This document shows, piece by piece, positions 27,932-37,347 of a stretch of DNA of 64,000 nucleotides. The translations under genes were made by a program, and so were the position numbers. The notes beneath the pieces are model-generated. The model was not told where the DNA came from. It saw nothing but the letters and a program-made list of their open reading frames with translations, and did no database searches. The stretch is from the NCBI GenBank assembly GCA_003973385.1, contig QNYK01000062.1, positions 81,763-145,762 on the forward strand, in the 5' to 3' direction. This stretch comes from Bacillota bacterium. GTDB lineage: Bacteria > Planctomycetota > UBA8108 > UBA1146. Each line of letters begins with the position of its first letter. Position 1 is the stretch's first letter.

Positions 27932-29532
27932 GATCGAGGTTGCCGCGCATACTGCTGATTCTGGCGTGGCTGTCGATGCCTGGCTGTGATTCCCGTTCAC
28001 CACTGCCTGAACCTCCTCAATTGGTGGGACTGGAACAAGGGGTCGTCGAGCATCTGGATCGGACCTATGCGACACTTCAGCAGGCACAGGAGAGTCTCAC
28101 GGGGATCGAACTGGGTGCCGCATATGGTGATGCTGCCATCACCTATCATGCGTACGATTTACCGATGACCGCTCACTCCTGCTACCAGCGAGCACTGGAT
28201 CTGGATCCCGATACTGCCCGTTGGAAGTACCTGATGGCGATGATCAAGGTCCAACTGGGCCAGGAGGCGCAGGCGACTCGGCTCTATCTGGAGGTGCTGG
28301 AACTGATTGCAGAGCATCCCCCGACACTGGCAGCACTCGGAGAACTCAAACTCGAAGTCGGTGAACCAGAGGTTGCCGGGTCATACTATCGACGGTTGCT
28401 GGATCTTCAGCCCAACAGTGCGCCTGCGCTGGCAGCGCTGGGAAAGATTGCACTGGAGGCAGACCGTCCACAACTCGCCGTCGACTTCCTCGAACAGGCG
28501 CTGTCACTCTCTCCCGCTGCTTCAGGATTGCGCTACCCCCTGGGTCTGGCGCTTCGAGATCTCGGCCACACTGATCGCGCCATCGAGCAGATGAAAGCGC
28601 GCGGGGATGCCTACCCGAGAGTCGCAAATCCATGGCTTGACGAGGTAAAAAGCCGTCCGGTCGGGGCCAGGATTGCCCTCAATAGAGGAACCACACTGTT
28701 TCAGGAGGGTCTGTTCGAGCAGGCTCGCGACCAGTTCGAGCAAGCCTGCTCAGCCGCTCCGGAATCCGCCACTGCTCACCTCAATCTGGGTTCCGCACTG
28801 GCAAAATTGAATCTGATCTCCGAGGCGATTGCCGAATACGAGCAAGCGATACTGCTCGACCCGGACTCGACGATCGCGTGGTTTGACCTGGGTGTTATTC
28901 ATGCCTCGTTGAATCAGGAGTCCCAGGCGATTCGATGTTACGACCAGGCACTCCTCATCCATCCTGACAACGCGGAAGCAAGATTCAACAGGGCAAATGC
29001 CCTGCGGAGACTGGGAAATTACCTGGAAGCCGCTGCCGAGATGAAAATGGTTCGCACTCTGCGCCCGGGCAACAGCACTGCATGGCTTGCAGAAGCTGTC
29101 TGTTACCTGCGAATCGAGCAGAGGAACGCTGCTCGCATGACCTGCATCGATGGTCGAATCGCGACCGGAAATGACGCCAGGTTGATCAGCCTATCGGCGC
29201 GCATCACAGCCACGGATCCATCCCCCACCACGGAGCAACTGGCCTCCCATCTGGAGGAGATCGAGCAACTGTTGAAGGTTCAAACCACACTCGAACTGGT
29301 AGAGACCAAGGCGATGCTACTGGCTGCTCAGGGTCTCTTCGAAGAAGCGATCGAGTGGCAAAATGCGGCACTGGAGGCTGCTCTTGGTGCCGGCCGCGAG
29401 GACATTGCCAGACGTCTGACCGGCAACCGTGATCGCTACTCCCGAGGAGTTGCCGCGTCCGACCCCTGGCCCGAGGAATCTTCAGGAGCTACTTCCGATT
29501 CTGGAGGCGGCAAGAGGTCAACCTCGCAGTGA
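27928..29532 (+). CDS. TPR-repeat lipoprotein
   Basis: ATGA start/stop overlap with the preceding gene (27928-27931). Lipobox LSMPGC. More than 10 TPR-like 34-aa repeats (e.g. AIRCYDQALLIHPDNAEARFNRANALRRLGNYLEA). Confidence 0.75.
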   Translation: MRSRLPRILLILAWLSMPGCDSRSPLPEPPQLVGLEQGVVEHLDRTYATLQQAQESLTGIELGAAYGDAAITYHAYDLPMTAHSCYQRALDLDPDTARWKYLMAMIKVQLGQEAQATRLYLEVLELIAEHPPTLAALGELKLEVGEPEVAGSYYRRLLDLQPNSAPALAALGKIALEADRPQLAVDFLEQALSLSPAASGLRYPLGLALRDLGHTDRAIEQMKARGDAYPRVANPWLDEVKSRPVGARIALNRGTTLFQEGLFEQARDQFEQACSAAPESATAHLNLGSALAKLNLISEAIAEYEQAILLDPDSTIAWFDLGVIHASLNQESQAIRCYDQALLIHPDNAEARFNRANALRRLGNYLEAAAEMKMVRTLRPGNSTAWLAEAVCYLRIEQRNAARMTCIDGRIATGNDARLISLSARITATDPSPTTEQLASHLEEIEQLLKVQTTLELVETKAMLLAAQGLFEEAIEWQNAALEAALGAGREDIARRLTGNRDRYSRGVAASDPWPEESSGATSDSGGGKRSTSQ

Positions 29533-30863
29533 GCGCGGATCTCCTCTTCAGCGTCAACGACCTCCATGGTGGTCCCCTGCTTGAGGACCCATGCACCCCT
29601 CGACAGTTGATAGGTCAAATCGAAGCGCAGATGTGCTGCACGTGCGCCGCATCTACCGCCAGGCATATCGAGCTTGATTCGAGCCGGATAGCGGCCCCCT
29701 TCGAGCCAGGACTTGACTTCCAGCTTCCACAACAACTGACCAGAATCATCGAAGATGGACTCCTCGATGATTCGCCCTGAATCGACATCGAAGTGGATGC
29801 GAGCATGGTCGGCGTTCCGGATGGTCCCTTCCCAGTAGGAGATATTCAGAAGCCCGATACCTGCGTGTCGAAATGGAAAGCCCGAGACCTGCAGCAGAAT
29901 CACACCACTGTCAGAATCGGAATCCGAGACCGACTCGGGAAGAGTCCCTGAAGGAGTGCAAAATAGCAGGTCAGCTGCAGTTCGCAGGTGAATCACCCGA
30001 TCCAGGTCGTATCCCATCATCCGGATCGACTCCATATCCTCGACCTTGGCGTGAATCTCTATCTCCTTGCTGGAATCGGAAGCAAAATTCACCATGGAGA
30101 AGTTGTAGTCGAGCCGCGCAGGTGGCCGAGCTCGACCGACCCAGCCCTCGTTGGCGTTGAACAACTTGCGGAAGCCGGCAACGTCCTTGCCCGCTGCAGC
30201 ACTGGCGGAGATCCACTTTTCCCGGGAAGTGGCACTGATTCTCGAATCGAGCAGCCGAAGGCGCATCCTCGAGAGATCTGCATCGGTGGGATTGGACTGG
30301 TACGCTCGCTCGATGGCATCGAGGGCCAGAACTTTACAGCGGGTCATCTTTGCCGTTTGCTCGGCTTCGCCTCCCGATACACGGCGAAAAGCAAGTTGAG
30401 ACTGAGGCAAGATCTGGGATTGAAGTCCCCGCATCGCTGCAACCCTCAGAAGTCGTTCCGGGTGGCCCAGAAGTGGTTCGAGAATCTTCGCGATCCGGGT
30501 GTCCGAGATGTAGCCAAAACCGTGTGCAGCGGCCTCCTGGCTATGCACATTGTCGGTGGCGAGGCAGCGCGCGAAGAAGTTGAACGCCTGGTCGGGAAAA
30601 GCTCGCAACACGAGCATGGTGACTCGCCTGCGAAGGGAAGAATCCTTCCGGGTGAGAAACTGCTCCAGATCAGGAAGTAGCGTTGCATCACGGTTGAGCA
30701 GGATCTGCTCCACGGCACGCTGATGAGTGGGAGGCTCAGGGGCCTGCAGGTCACGCAGAAGATCTGCTCGTATCCGGTCAATTTTGCCGGGTTCATCCCC
30801 GGCGAGAGGAAGGCAGACCACCAGTGCTAGTGCGAGCAGTAGCCATGAACTTCGCTGGAACAA
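29436..30863 (-). CDS. Secreted hypothetical protein with HEAT/ARM-like helical repeats and an SD-rich linker
   Basis: Signal peptide MFQRSSWLLLALALVVCLPLAG. Repetitive helical region. SDSDSDSG linker. The 3' end overlaps the convergent TPR gene by ~97 bp, so one stop or end may be mis-assigned. Confidence 0.5.
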   Translation of the reverse strand: MFQRSSWLLLALALVVCLPLAGDEPGKIDRIRADLLRDLQAPEPPTHQRAVEQILLNRDATLLPDLEQFLTRKDSSLRRRVTMLVLRAFPDQAFNFFARCLATDNVHSQEAAAHGFGYISDTRIAKILEPLLGHPERLLRVAAMRGLQSQILPQSQLAFRRVSGGEAEQTAKMTRCKVLALDAIERAYQSNPTDADLSRMRLRLLDSRISATSREKWISASAAAGKDVAGFRKLFNANEGWVGRARPPARLDYNFSMVNFASDSSKEIEIHAKVEDMESIRMMGYDLDRVIHLRTAADLLFCTPSGTLPESVSDSDSDSGVILLQVSGFPFRHAGIGLLNISYWEGTIRNADHARIHFDVDSGRIIEESIFDDSGQLLWKLEVKSWLEGGRYPARIKLDMPGGRCGARAAHLRFDLTYQLSRGAWVLKQGTTMEVVDAEEEIRAHCEVDLLPPPESEVAPEDSSGQGSDAATPRE

Positions 30864-31025
30864 GATGAGACTCCTTCAGGGCGTCAGGTTACAGGTCAAT
30901 GGTGCCGACTCCCAACCAATGGATGGGTAGACGGAGACGATACAAGGTTTACAATAGACACTCCGTAAACTTTGTTAGTCAGGAGAGGTCCCTGCCCCCT
31001 CCTGTCATTTTCGCACTTCCCACTC

Positions 31026-33872
31026 ATGAATTCGCGGAGGTTTTCGATGCGTTCGAAACTCATTCCGACCTTCATCCTGCTACTTTGCTGCACTCAGATC
31101 CAGGCTCAGTCTCAGACGCCAGCCTCGGTGTCACAGACCTCAGGAGCCCTGGCACCTCCAGCCGGATCCACCTCTGCCCCGATGATCCCAGGAGATGTCA
31201 TCCAGTTTGTAGGACATGGCGGCAGCAATCCACTGGGAATTTGCATAGATGAACCGCAACGGCGGCTCTATGTCTGCGATCTCTTCAGCGGAACCACGCA
31301 CCTCTACAACATCGACGACCTGTCAGCGGGAGTGGTATCCACCATTTCCAATCCTGCGGGTAGCGTTTCCACCAATGGGATTGCCATCTCGGGTCAGCAC
31401 ATCTACTGGGTGGTTCCAGGAGCGTCCCCGAATCTGTGGAGAACTCTCAAGGATGGCACCAATCCGCAAGTTCACGGAAACCTGACACTACCTGGAGGGG
31501 GAATCGTTGGTGACATCTGCATCACGTCAGATCAAACGATGTGGGCAGTGGATGTCACCAATGATCAGTACAGCAGCCATCTCCTCAATGGGGAATTTTC
31601 AGGATCGATCATCGGACATCCAGCAGGTAGCGGCGCTGGCAACAGCATCGCTTATCGCAGCGACTGCAACCTATTGCTGGTTCCACACAATGTTCCCGGC
31701 GCCACCATCGTCACTGCCATCAGCACGATGGATTCGTCTGGAGTGCTCAGAGCCGAGACGGACATCTCATCGCTGGGAGGATTCATCAACGGGATTGCGC
31801 ATGTTTCCAGCGGCTCTCAGGGAGTCCCATCGGTGTTTCTCGTCGACGCCTCCATGAATCGTATCTATGAACTGGAATCTCAACCTGCGTGCCCTGCACC
31901 GCAACTCAGTGGGCAACATGAGTTCGAGATCTGCGGCCCGACCGGACTGAACGACATCAATGACACCTCCCTGCTGATGGAGATGGTGCACTTTGACCAC
32001 TACGGAACAGTGCGAGATGTTGACATCTACCTGGAGATGGAACATGACTTTGCTGCTGACATCACCGTCAACATCACGAGCCCTGCAGGAACCACGGTGA
32101 GCTTGCTCTCAGAAACACAGTACAGCGGAAGTTTGTGGGGACTGGTCTTTGACACCGACGGCCAGGGGCTTTATCCGGACGGACCCGGTTCACTGGATGA
32201 TTTCGACGGTCAGGAGATCCACGGAAACTGGATCTTGACGATCATCGATCCTTACCCCGGCTCCGATGGCACACTCTCCAACTGGTGCGTCAGAATCGAT
32301 GAGGAAACGAAACGGTTGCACAGAGGGGTATTTCCGGTGCTTCATGCCACGGGTATCCAGAATCAGGCGATCAGCCAATCGATTCCGATCCAGGACTCGG
32401 TCACCATCACGGAGGGATACAGTGCCATCGATCTGGATGTGGGCATTGACCTGATCCACGGCTTTCTTTCAGACCTGGCCATCCGAATCGCCAGCCCACT
32501 GGGGACAGAGGTGACCTTGCTGGGCCTGGGACCGGCAACTGCGGGTGAGATTCACACCACATTCGATCAACAGGGCATCGAGTATGCCCCCGACAGTTTA
32601 CCGACAGGGCAACAGATGGCACCTCAAGGGCCCGGGGCCCTGTCCGACTTCCTGGGGGAAGCAGTCCAGGGTGACTGGACGCTGCTCGTAGATGACAGCG
32701 TGACGACTGACGATGGAGTACTCCAGAACTGGAGTCTGGATCTACTGGAACCAGTGCTGCTCAACTCATCTGGGAACCCCCTGGAGTTCAACATTGAAGT
32801 TCAGGAAAACATCGCAGTAGCCGATATCGAGGTGGATCTTCAACTGATGCATCCAGCGATCGACCAGATTCATGTCACATTGACATCGCCCCAGGGAACC
32901 GTGGCGATTCTGGAGAGCTTCGGAGGGTATGCCGGGACAGCGATCCACTGCATTTACGACACCAGCGGAATCGCCTACGACGAGGCACTCGTCGCAGAAG
33001 GAATTCGCATGCAACCTGCAGGTTCGCTCGAAGCATTCATCGGTGAATCGATGCAAGGCATCTGGACGCTGAAAGTTCAGGACAATCTATCGAGCAGCCA
33101 GGGTTGGCTGACCGATCTTGCCCTGATCATCCATGGTGATGATGCGCCATGTTTGGCCCCCACCGTGACCGCAATCAGTTCCACTCTGGCCACCGATATC
33201 CCGTTCCCGATTGCATTCTCTGGAACACTCGGTGGCACCGCGGCAGACTTTCTGTACTGGGACTTCGGCGATGGCACCGGTTCTGCTGACCTGAATACAG
33301 TTCACCTGTACTTGGTCCCAGGAACCTATGTCGTACGCTTGACCGTGGAAAACCCGTGCGGGACAGCATTTTCTCAGCTTTCCGTGATCGTCTGTGAAGC
33401 ACCGGTTGCGAATTTCGATTTGCTCGGCTGGATCGGCATCGCACCCTATTGCGCCGAATTTCAAAACCTTTCCACCGGAACCATAGACCATCTCATGTGG
33501 GATTTTGGTGATGGATCCACCGTTCAGAACAACGGGGATGCCGCCTTCAATTACGACGCCCCAGGTTACTACAGCGTGACGCTGGACGCGTACGGCACCT
33601 GCGGCACCACATCGACGATGACCAGAAACAACGAGATCAAGGTGCTGTCGATGGGAGATGTCAATGCTGATGGCGCGCTGGACACATCTGATCCGATCAC
33701 ATTGGTTCTCTACCTCTTCGGAGCCGGAGGAGTCCTACCCTGTCCAAAATCTGGAGACGTCAATGGAGACCAATTGTTGAACCTCGGCGATGTGGTCCAC
33801 CAGTTGATGTTCTTGTTCGGCGGTGGCTCGGACTCGGCCCCGGTGAACAATTGCGGATCGTGTGATATCTGA
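31026..33872 (+). CDS. Large secreted multidomain protein: N-terminal propeller-like region, three proprotein-convertase P-domain-like modules, two PKD domains, C-terminal type-I dockerin pair and Cys tail
   Basis: Signal peptide MNSRRFSMRSKLIPTFILLLCCTQIQAQ. Three ~110-aa repeats resembling the PC P-domain (..DVDIYLEMEHDFAADITVNITSPAGTTVSLL..GNWILTIID..; ..DLAIRIASPLGTEVTLL..GDWTLLVDD..; ..IHVTLTSPQGTVAILE..GIWTLKVQD..). PKD motifs (WDFGDGTGS..YVVRLTVEN; WDFGDGST..YSVTLDAYG). Dockerin repeats GDVNADGALDTSDPITLVLYLF and GDVNGDQLLNLGDVVHQLMFLF. Tail NNCGSCDI. Confidence 0.75.
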   Translation: MNSRRFSMRSKLIPTFILLLCCTQIQAQSQTPASVSQTSGALAPPAGSTSAPMIPGDVIQFVGHGGSNPLGICIDEPQRRLYVCDLFSGTTHLYNIDDLSAGVVSTISNPAGSVSTNGIAISGQHIYWVVPGASPNLWRTLKDGTNPQVHGNLTLPGGGIVGDICITSDQTMWAVDVTNDQYSSHLLNGEFSGSIIGHPAGSGAGNSIAYRSDCNLLLVPHNVPGATIVTAISTMDSSGVLRAETDISSLGGFINGIAHVSSGSQGVPSVFLVDASMNRIYELESQPACPAPQLSGQHEFEICGPTGLNDINDTSLLMEMVHFDHYGTVRDVDIYLEMEHDFAADITVNITSPAGTTVSLLSETQYSGSLWGLVFDTDGQGLYPDGPGSLDDFDGQEIHGNWILTIIDPYPGSDGTLSNWCVRIDEETKRLHRGVFPVLHATGIQNQAISQSIPIQDSVTITEGYSAIDLDVGIDLIHGFLSDLAIRIASPLGTEVTLLGLGPATAGEIHTTFDQQGIEYAPDSLPTGQQMAPQGPGALSDFLGEAVQGDWTLLVDDSVTTDDGVLQNWSLDLLEPVLLNSSGNPLEFNIEVQENIAVADIEVDLQLMHPAIDQIHVTLTSPQGTVAILESFGGYAGTAIHCIYDTSGIAYDEALVAEGIRMQPAGSLEAFIGESMQGIWTLKVQDNLSSSQGWLTDLALIIHGDDAPCLAPTVTAISSTLATDIPFPIAFSGTLGGTAADFLYWDFGDGTGSADLNTVHLYLVPGTYVVRLTVENPCGTAFSQLSVIVCEAPVANFDLLGWIGIAPYCAEFQNLSTGTIDHLMWDFGDGSTVQNNGDAAFNYDAPGYYSVTLDAYGTCGTTSTMTRNNEIKVLSMGDVNADGALDTSDPITLVLYLFGAGGVLPCPKSGDVNGDQLLNLGDVVHQLMFLFGGGSDSAPVNNCGSCDI

Positions 33873-36047
33873 TCAGTTCCTCGTTTGGGAATGAAAGCCA
33901 GCGTTCTTGCTGGCGAGTTCCACAAGCAGATCACAGGGGCTTCGTGCTGACCCGGCTTCATGGGCGGCACGAAGCCTTTTTTCAATTTGCGGCAAACCCT
34001 CGGAATCTGCTGCGCGCAGTGGACCTCCAAGGTGAGGTGGGTACCCCGTTCCCATCACCATCGCAAGATCGAGAATCCCAGCATCCAGAACCACATTTTC
34101 TTCAAGGCAGCGAGCGGCTTCATCGACCATCGGGTCGAGCAAGGAAGAGATGATATCGACGTCTGACATCGTCCGTGCAGATGCCTTGATCATTGTTTTG
34201 ACCTGCTGATTCCAGGTCAAACTAGTGCCCCTGTGCAGGTAAAAACCGATTCCGGCCTTCTTGCCGAGCCAGCCTTTCTCGACCATTTTCTGTAGCATCG
34301 GCGAGGCCGCTGCTCTCTCTCCGAAGGAAGCGTGAAGTGTCTCCTGAACCTCAAACCCGATATCGAGTCCCACTTCGTCCATCAGGCGAAAGGGGCCCAT
34401 CGGCAAGCCATGTCTTCGAGCGACCGCATCGATGTGGGCGCCACTGACTCCATCGAGCAACAGCCGAGACGCCGCATCCAGGTAGGGCAGAAGCAGTCTG
34501 TTGACAAGGAAACCTGGTGAGTCCTTCACGAGCACCGGATACTTTCCCAGTTTCCTGGCGAGCGCCAGGGCGATTCCGACCGTTTCAGGAGCTGTTTGCT
34601 CTCCAGGAATCACCTCGACCAGCGGCATCCGTGGAACCGGATTGAAGAAGTGCAAGCCAACCACCCTGGAGGCAATCGGACTTCCATGCTGGATCTCGGT
34701 GACACTCAGTGCGGAAGTATTCGTGGCAAAGATCGCCTCATCACCGAGCAGGGGCGCGACTTCGGCAAGGACAGAACGCTTGACGTCCAGGCGTTCGACC
34801 ACGGCTTCCAGCACTCCAGCGCAACGCCCCAGACCGATGAGGTCTTTTCCATGACCGAGCCTGGAAAGGATCTCAGCTTGTTGGTATCGGGTGAACCGTC
34901 GCTTCTTTCTTCGTTGATCGATGGCGGATCCGATCAGTTTCAAAGCTCGATCCAGGGACTCCAGCGAGATGTCACGCAACCTGACAGGGATGGACTTCTC
35001 GATGGCGATCGTGGCCACCCCCGAACCCATGACCCCGGCTCCCAGAATCATGAGGCTTCGATCCTCTGGCCAGCTCCCATCGGGGTCTCCATCGGTTCCT
35101 CGCCTCACCCGCTCAGAATCCTGGAAAATCGACACGAGATTCCTGCAAACCGGACCGGTGGCGAGACGAGAAACGGCCATCGCCTCCATCTCCAGGGAAT
35201 GTCGTTCATCCTTGTGAGCTGAAAGCCTCGCCACTTCGATGGCTTTCTCGGGAGCAGGCATGTGGCCGAGTGTCCGCGCGCGAACAGTTTTGAGCGCCTT
35301 TTTACAGACGATGGTGCGACCGAGGGTGGTCTCATCGAGCAGGTAAGAGAAGAACCCCTTCCTTCGTTTCTTTCTGCGAGCACGAACCGACCGGAAGCCG
35401 TCGGATACCATCTGCTCGATCAGTTGCAGTGAGAGCTCTCGAAATCCTTCAGTGGGAACCGTGGCGTCGAGCACTCCCTTGCGGTAGGCAATCGGGGCGG
35501 GCAGCCTGCTGGCCGGCAGTATCCAGCCGAGGGAAGCGCGCAAGCCCAGCAGCCTGGTCAGACGTACTGTGCCGCCGAAGCCGGGAATGATGCCAAGATT
35601 CACCTCAGGAAAACCGATCCTGGTCCTGGGATCGGAAACTCCTATGCGGGCGGTACATCCCAGAGATAACTCGAGACCTCCACCGAGACAGGTGCCTCGG
35701 ATGACCGCTATCGAGGGGATGGAAAGAGAGCTCAATCTCCCGAACAGGTCCTGTGCGCGTCGACATGCATCCACAACCTGGTCAACGTTCTCTGCAGATC
35801 CGATCGCATTGACATCTGCACCGGCAATGAAATGGTCCTGCTTGGCGCTGGACACGATCACGGCGTCGACACCCTGATGGTTTCCGATGTCATCGATCTG
35901 GCTGGAGAGGTCCGTCAGTACATCCTCGCTCAATACATTGGCACTGCTCTCTGCATCTATGATCAGGTGCAACCAGCGCCCTTCAGGATCGGCTTCAGGA
36001 ATTGCTGCATCCCAACCGGATGATCGGATCAGTCTCCATTGACTCAT
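33873..36047 (-). CDS. Fatty-acid oxidation multifunctional protein alpha subunit (enoyl-CoA hydratase / 3-hydroxyacyl-CoA dehydrogenase), FadB/FadJ-like
   Basis: N-terminal crotonase fold (FIAGADVN). Central Rossmann motif ILGAGVMGSGVA. C-terminal 3HCDH domains. Start chosen at MSQWRL, giving an ATGA overlap with the thiolase gene. Confidence 0.85.
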   Translation of the reverse strand: MSQWRLIRSSGWDAAIPEADPEGRWLHLIIDAESSANVLSEDVLTDLSSQIDDIGNHQGVDAVIVSSAKQDHFIAGADVNAIGSAENVDQVVDACRRAQDLFGRLSSLSIPSIAVIRGTCLGGGLELSLGCTARIGVSDPRTRIGFPEVNLGIIPGFGGTVRLTRLLGLRASLGWILPASRLPAPIAYRKGVLDATVPTEGFRELSLQLIEQMVSDGFRSVRARRKKRRKGFFSYLLDETTLGRTIVCKKALKTVRARTLGHMPAPEKAIEVARLSAHKDERHSLEMEAMAVSRLATGPVCRNLVSIFQDSERVRRGTDGDPDGSWPEDRSLMILGAGVMGSGVATIAIEKSIPVRLRDISLESLDRALKLIGSAIDQRRKKRRFTRYQQAEILSRLGHGKDLIGLGRCAGVLEAVVERLDVKRSVLAEVAPLLGDEAIFATNTSALSVTEIQHGSPIASRVVGLHFFNPVPRMPLVEVIPGEQTAPETVGIALALARKLGKYPVLVKDSPGFLVNRLLLPYLDAASRLLLDGVSGAHIDAVARRHGLPMGPFRLMDEVGLDIGFEVQETLHASFGERAAASPMLQKMVEKGWLGKKAGIGFYLHRGTSLTWNQQVKTMIKASARTMSDVDIISSLLDPMVDEAARCLEENVVLDAGILDLAMVMGTGYPPHLGGPLRAADSEGLPQIEKRLRAAHEAGSARSPCDLLVELASKNAGFHSQTRN

Positions 36048-37330
36048 GAGGCGATCCCTTCCAGCAGTACCGCCCCACCCTGTCCTCCTCCGACGCACAT
36101 CGTCGCGATTCCATGACCGCCGCCACGGCGATGTAATTGCCGTGCGAGCGTGAAGATCAACCGGGCTCCGGATGCACCGACAGGATGTCCCAATGCGATG
36201 GCACCTCCGTGAACATTGAGGCGGTCATGCTCGATGGCTCCGGGTGTCGATGAAAAACCCGCCTCCCTGCAGAAACTGTCGCTGGCCAGCGCCCGCTGGC
36301 AAGCAAGCACCTGAGCAGCAAACGCTTCATTCAGTTCTACCAGGTCGATGTCCCCGAGTGCGAGGTCAGATCCTGACAGGACAGACGAGATGGCATGAAC
36401 CGGTCCTAGCCCCATCCGTAACGGATCGCATCCCACAAAGGCCGTGCCGACAATCCTGGCGATGGGCGAAAATCCAAGCTGACGTGCACGCTCAGAATCC
36501 ATCAGTAGCAACATCGATGCGCCATCCGTGATACCGCACGAATTGGCGATGGTGACTGAACCGAGCTTCCGATCGAAGTAGGGCTTCATCCGGTTCATCT
36601 TCTCGAATTTAGCGTCGGGTCTGGGTCCGATATCCTCCCGAATAACATCATTGAAGCGTGGCGGAATCGCCAGCGCACTGATTTCCTCGGCCAGTACATC
36701 TCGAGATGCGACTGCCCGGCGATGACTTTCCAGCGCATACTGATCCTGTTCATCTCGACTGATGCCCCACTCTCGTGCGAGGCGATCGGCGGTATCTCCC
36801 ATATTCTCGCCACTGAATGGGTCCTTCAACCCCTCCAGCAACCCGATCCGGGGCTTGAGGTCTCGGGGGCGAAAATGAAAGATCCCGGCCAGTTTTTCGG
36901 TCATCGCACGAGCGCGAGACAGTGAGGCCAGTTTGAATCCGAAGGAAAGTGGGAAAAGAATCGGAATCCTGCTCATCGACTCGGAGCCACCCGCAAGAAC
37001 GGCATCGGATGCCCCACAGCGAATACGATCATATGCATCCGAAACTGCCTGCATGCCACTGGCGCAGTTCCGTGAAACCGTCTGTGCAGGAGTGCTTTGT
37101 GGGAGACCTGAACGAAGCGCAACAACCCTGGCCGGATTCGCGCAATCGGGGGGCTGTGCCACGCATCCGAGGATCAACTCATCGATGATCGCTGGATCGA
37201 TATCCACGCGGTCGAGCAGATCGCGGGCACAACTTCGAGCAAGTTCATCCACGGGAACATCCCGGAACACTTCGCCTGCACGGACAAAGGGGGTCCTGGA
37301 GCCATCAATGATCACAACTTCCCTGGCCAA
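36044..37330 (-). CDS. Acetyl-CoA C-acyltransferase (3-ketoacyl-CoA thiolase), FadA/FadI-like
   Basis: Thiolase signatures: active-site Cys region VSRNCASGMQAV, NEAFAAQVLA, GGAIALGHPVGASGARL, CVGGGQGGA. Confidence 0.85.
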   Translation of the reverse strand: MAREVVIIDGSRTPFVRAGEVFRDVPVDELARSCARDLLDRVDIDPAIIDELILGCVAQPPDCANPARVVALRSGLPQSTPAQTVSRNCASGMQAVSDAYDRIRCGASDAVLAGGSESMSRIPILFPLSFGFKLASLSRARAMTEKLAGIFHFRPRDLKPRIGLLEGLKDPFSGENMGDTADRLAREWGISRDEQDQYALESHRRAVASRDVLAEEISALAIPPRFNDVIREDIGPRPDAKFEKMNRMKPYFDRKLGSVTIANSCGITDGASMLLLMDSERARQLGFSPIARIVGTAFVGCDPLRMGLGPVHAISSVLSGSDLALGDIDLVELNEAFAAQVLACQRALASDSFCREAGFSSTPGAIEHDRLNVHGGAIALGHPVGASGARLIFTLARQLHRRGGGHGIATMCVGGGQGGAVLLEGIAS

Positions 37331-37347
37331 ATCATCCCCCTTCTGGA

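Noticed and set aside
27823-29532. TPR protein as a MamA homologue, which would make 18.6-29.5 kb a magnetosome island
   Set aside because: It is far larger than MamA, a lipoprotein, 7 kb from the actin gene, and no other recognisable large mam genes (mamB/M/E/O/P/Q) are present.
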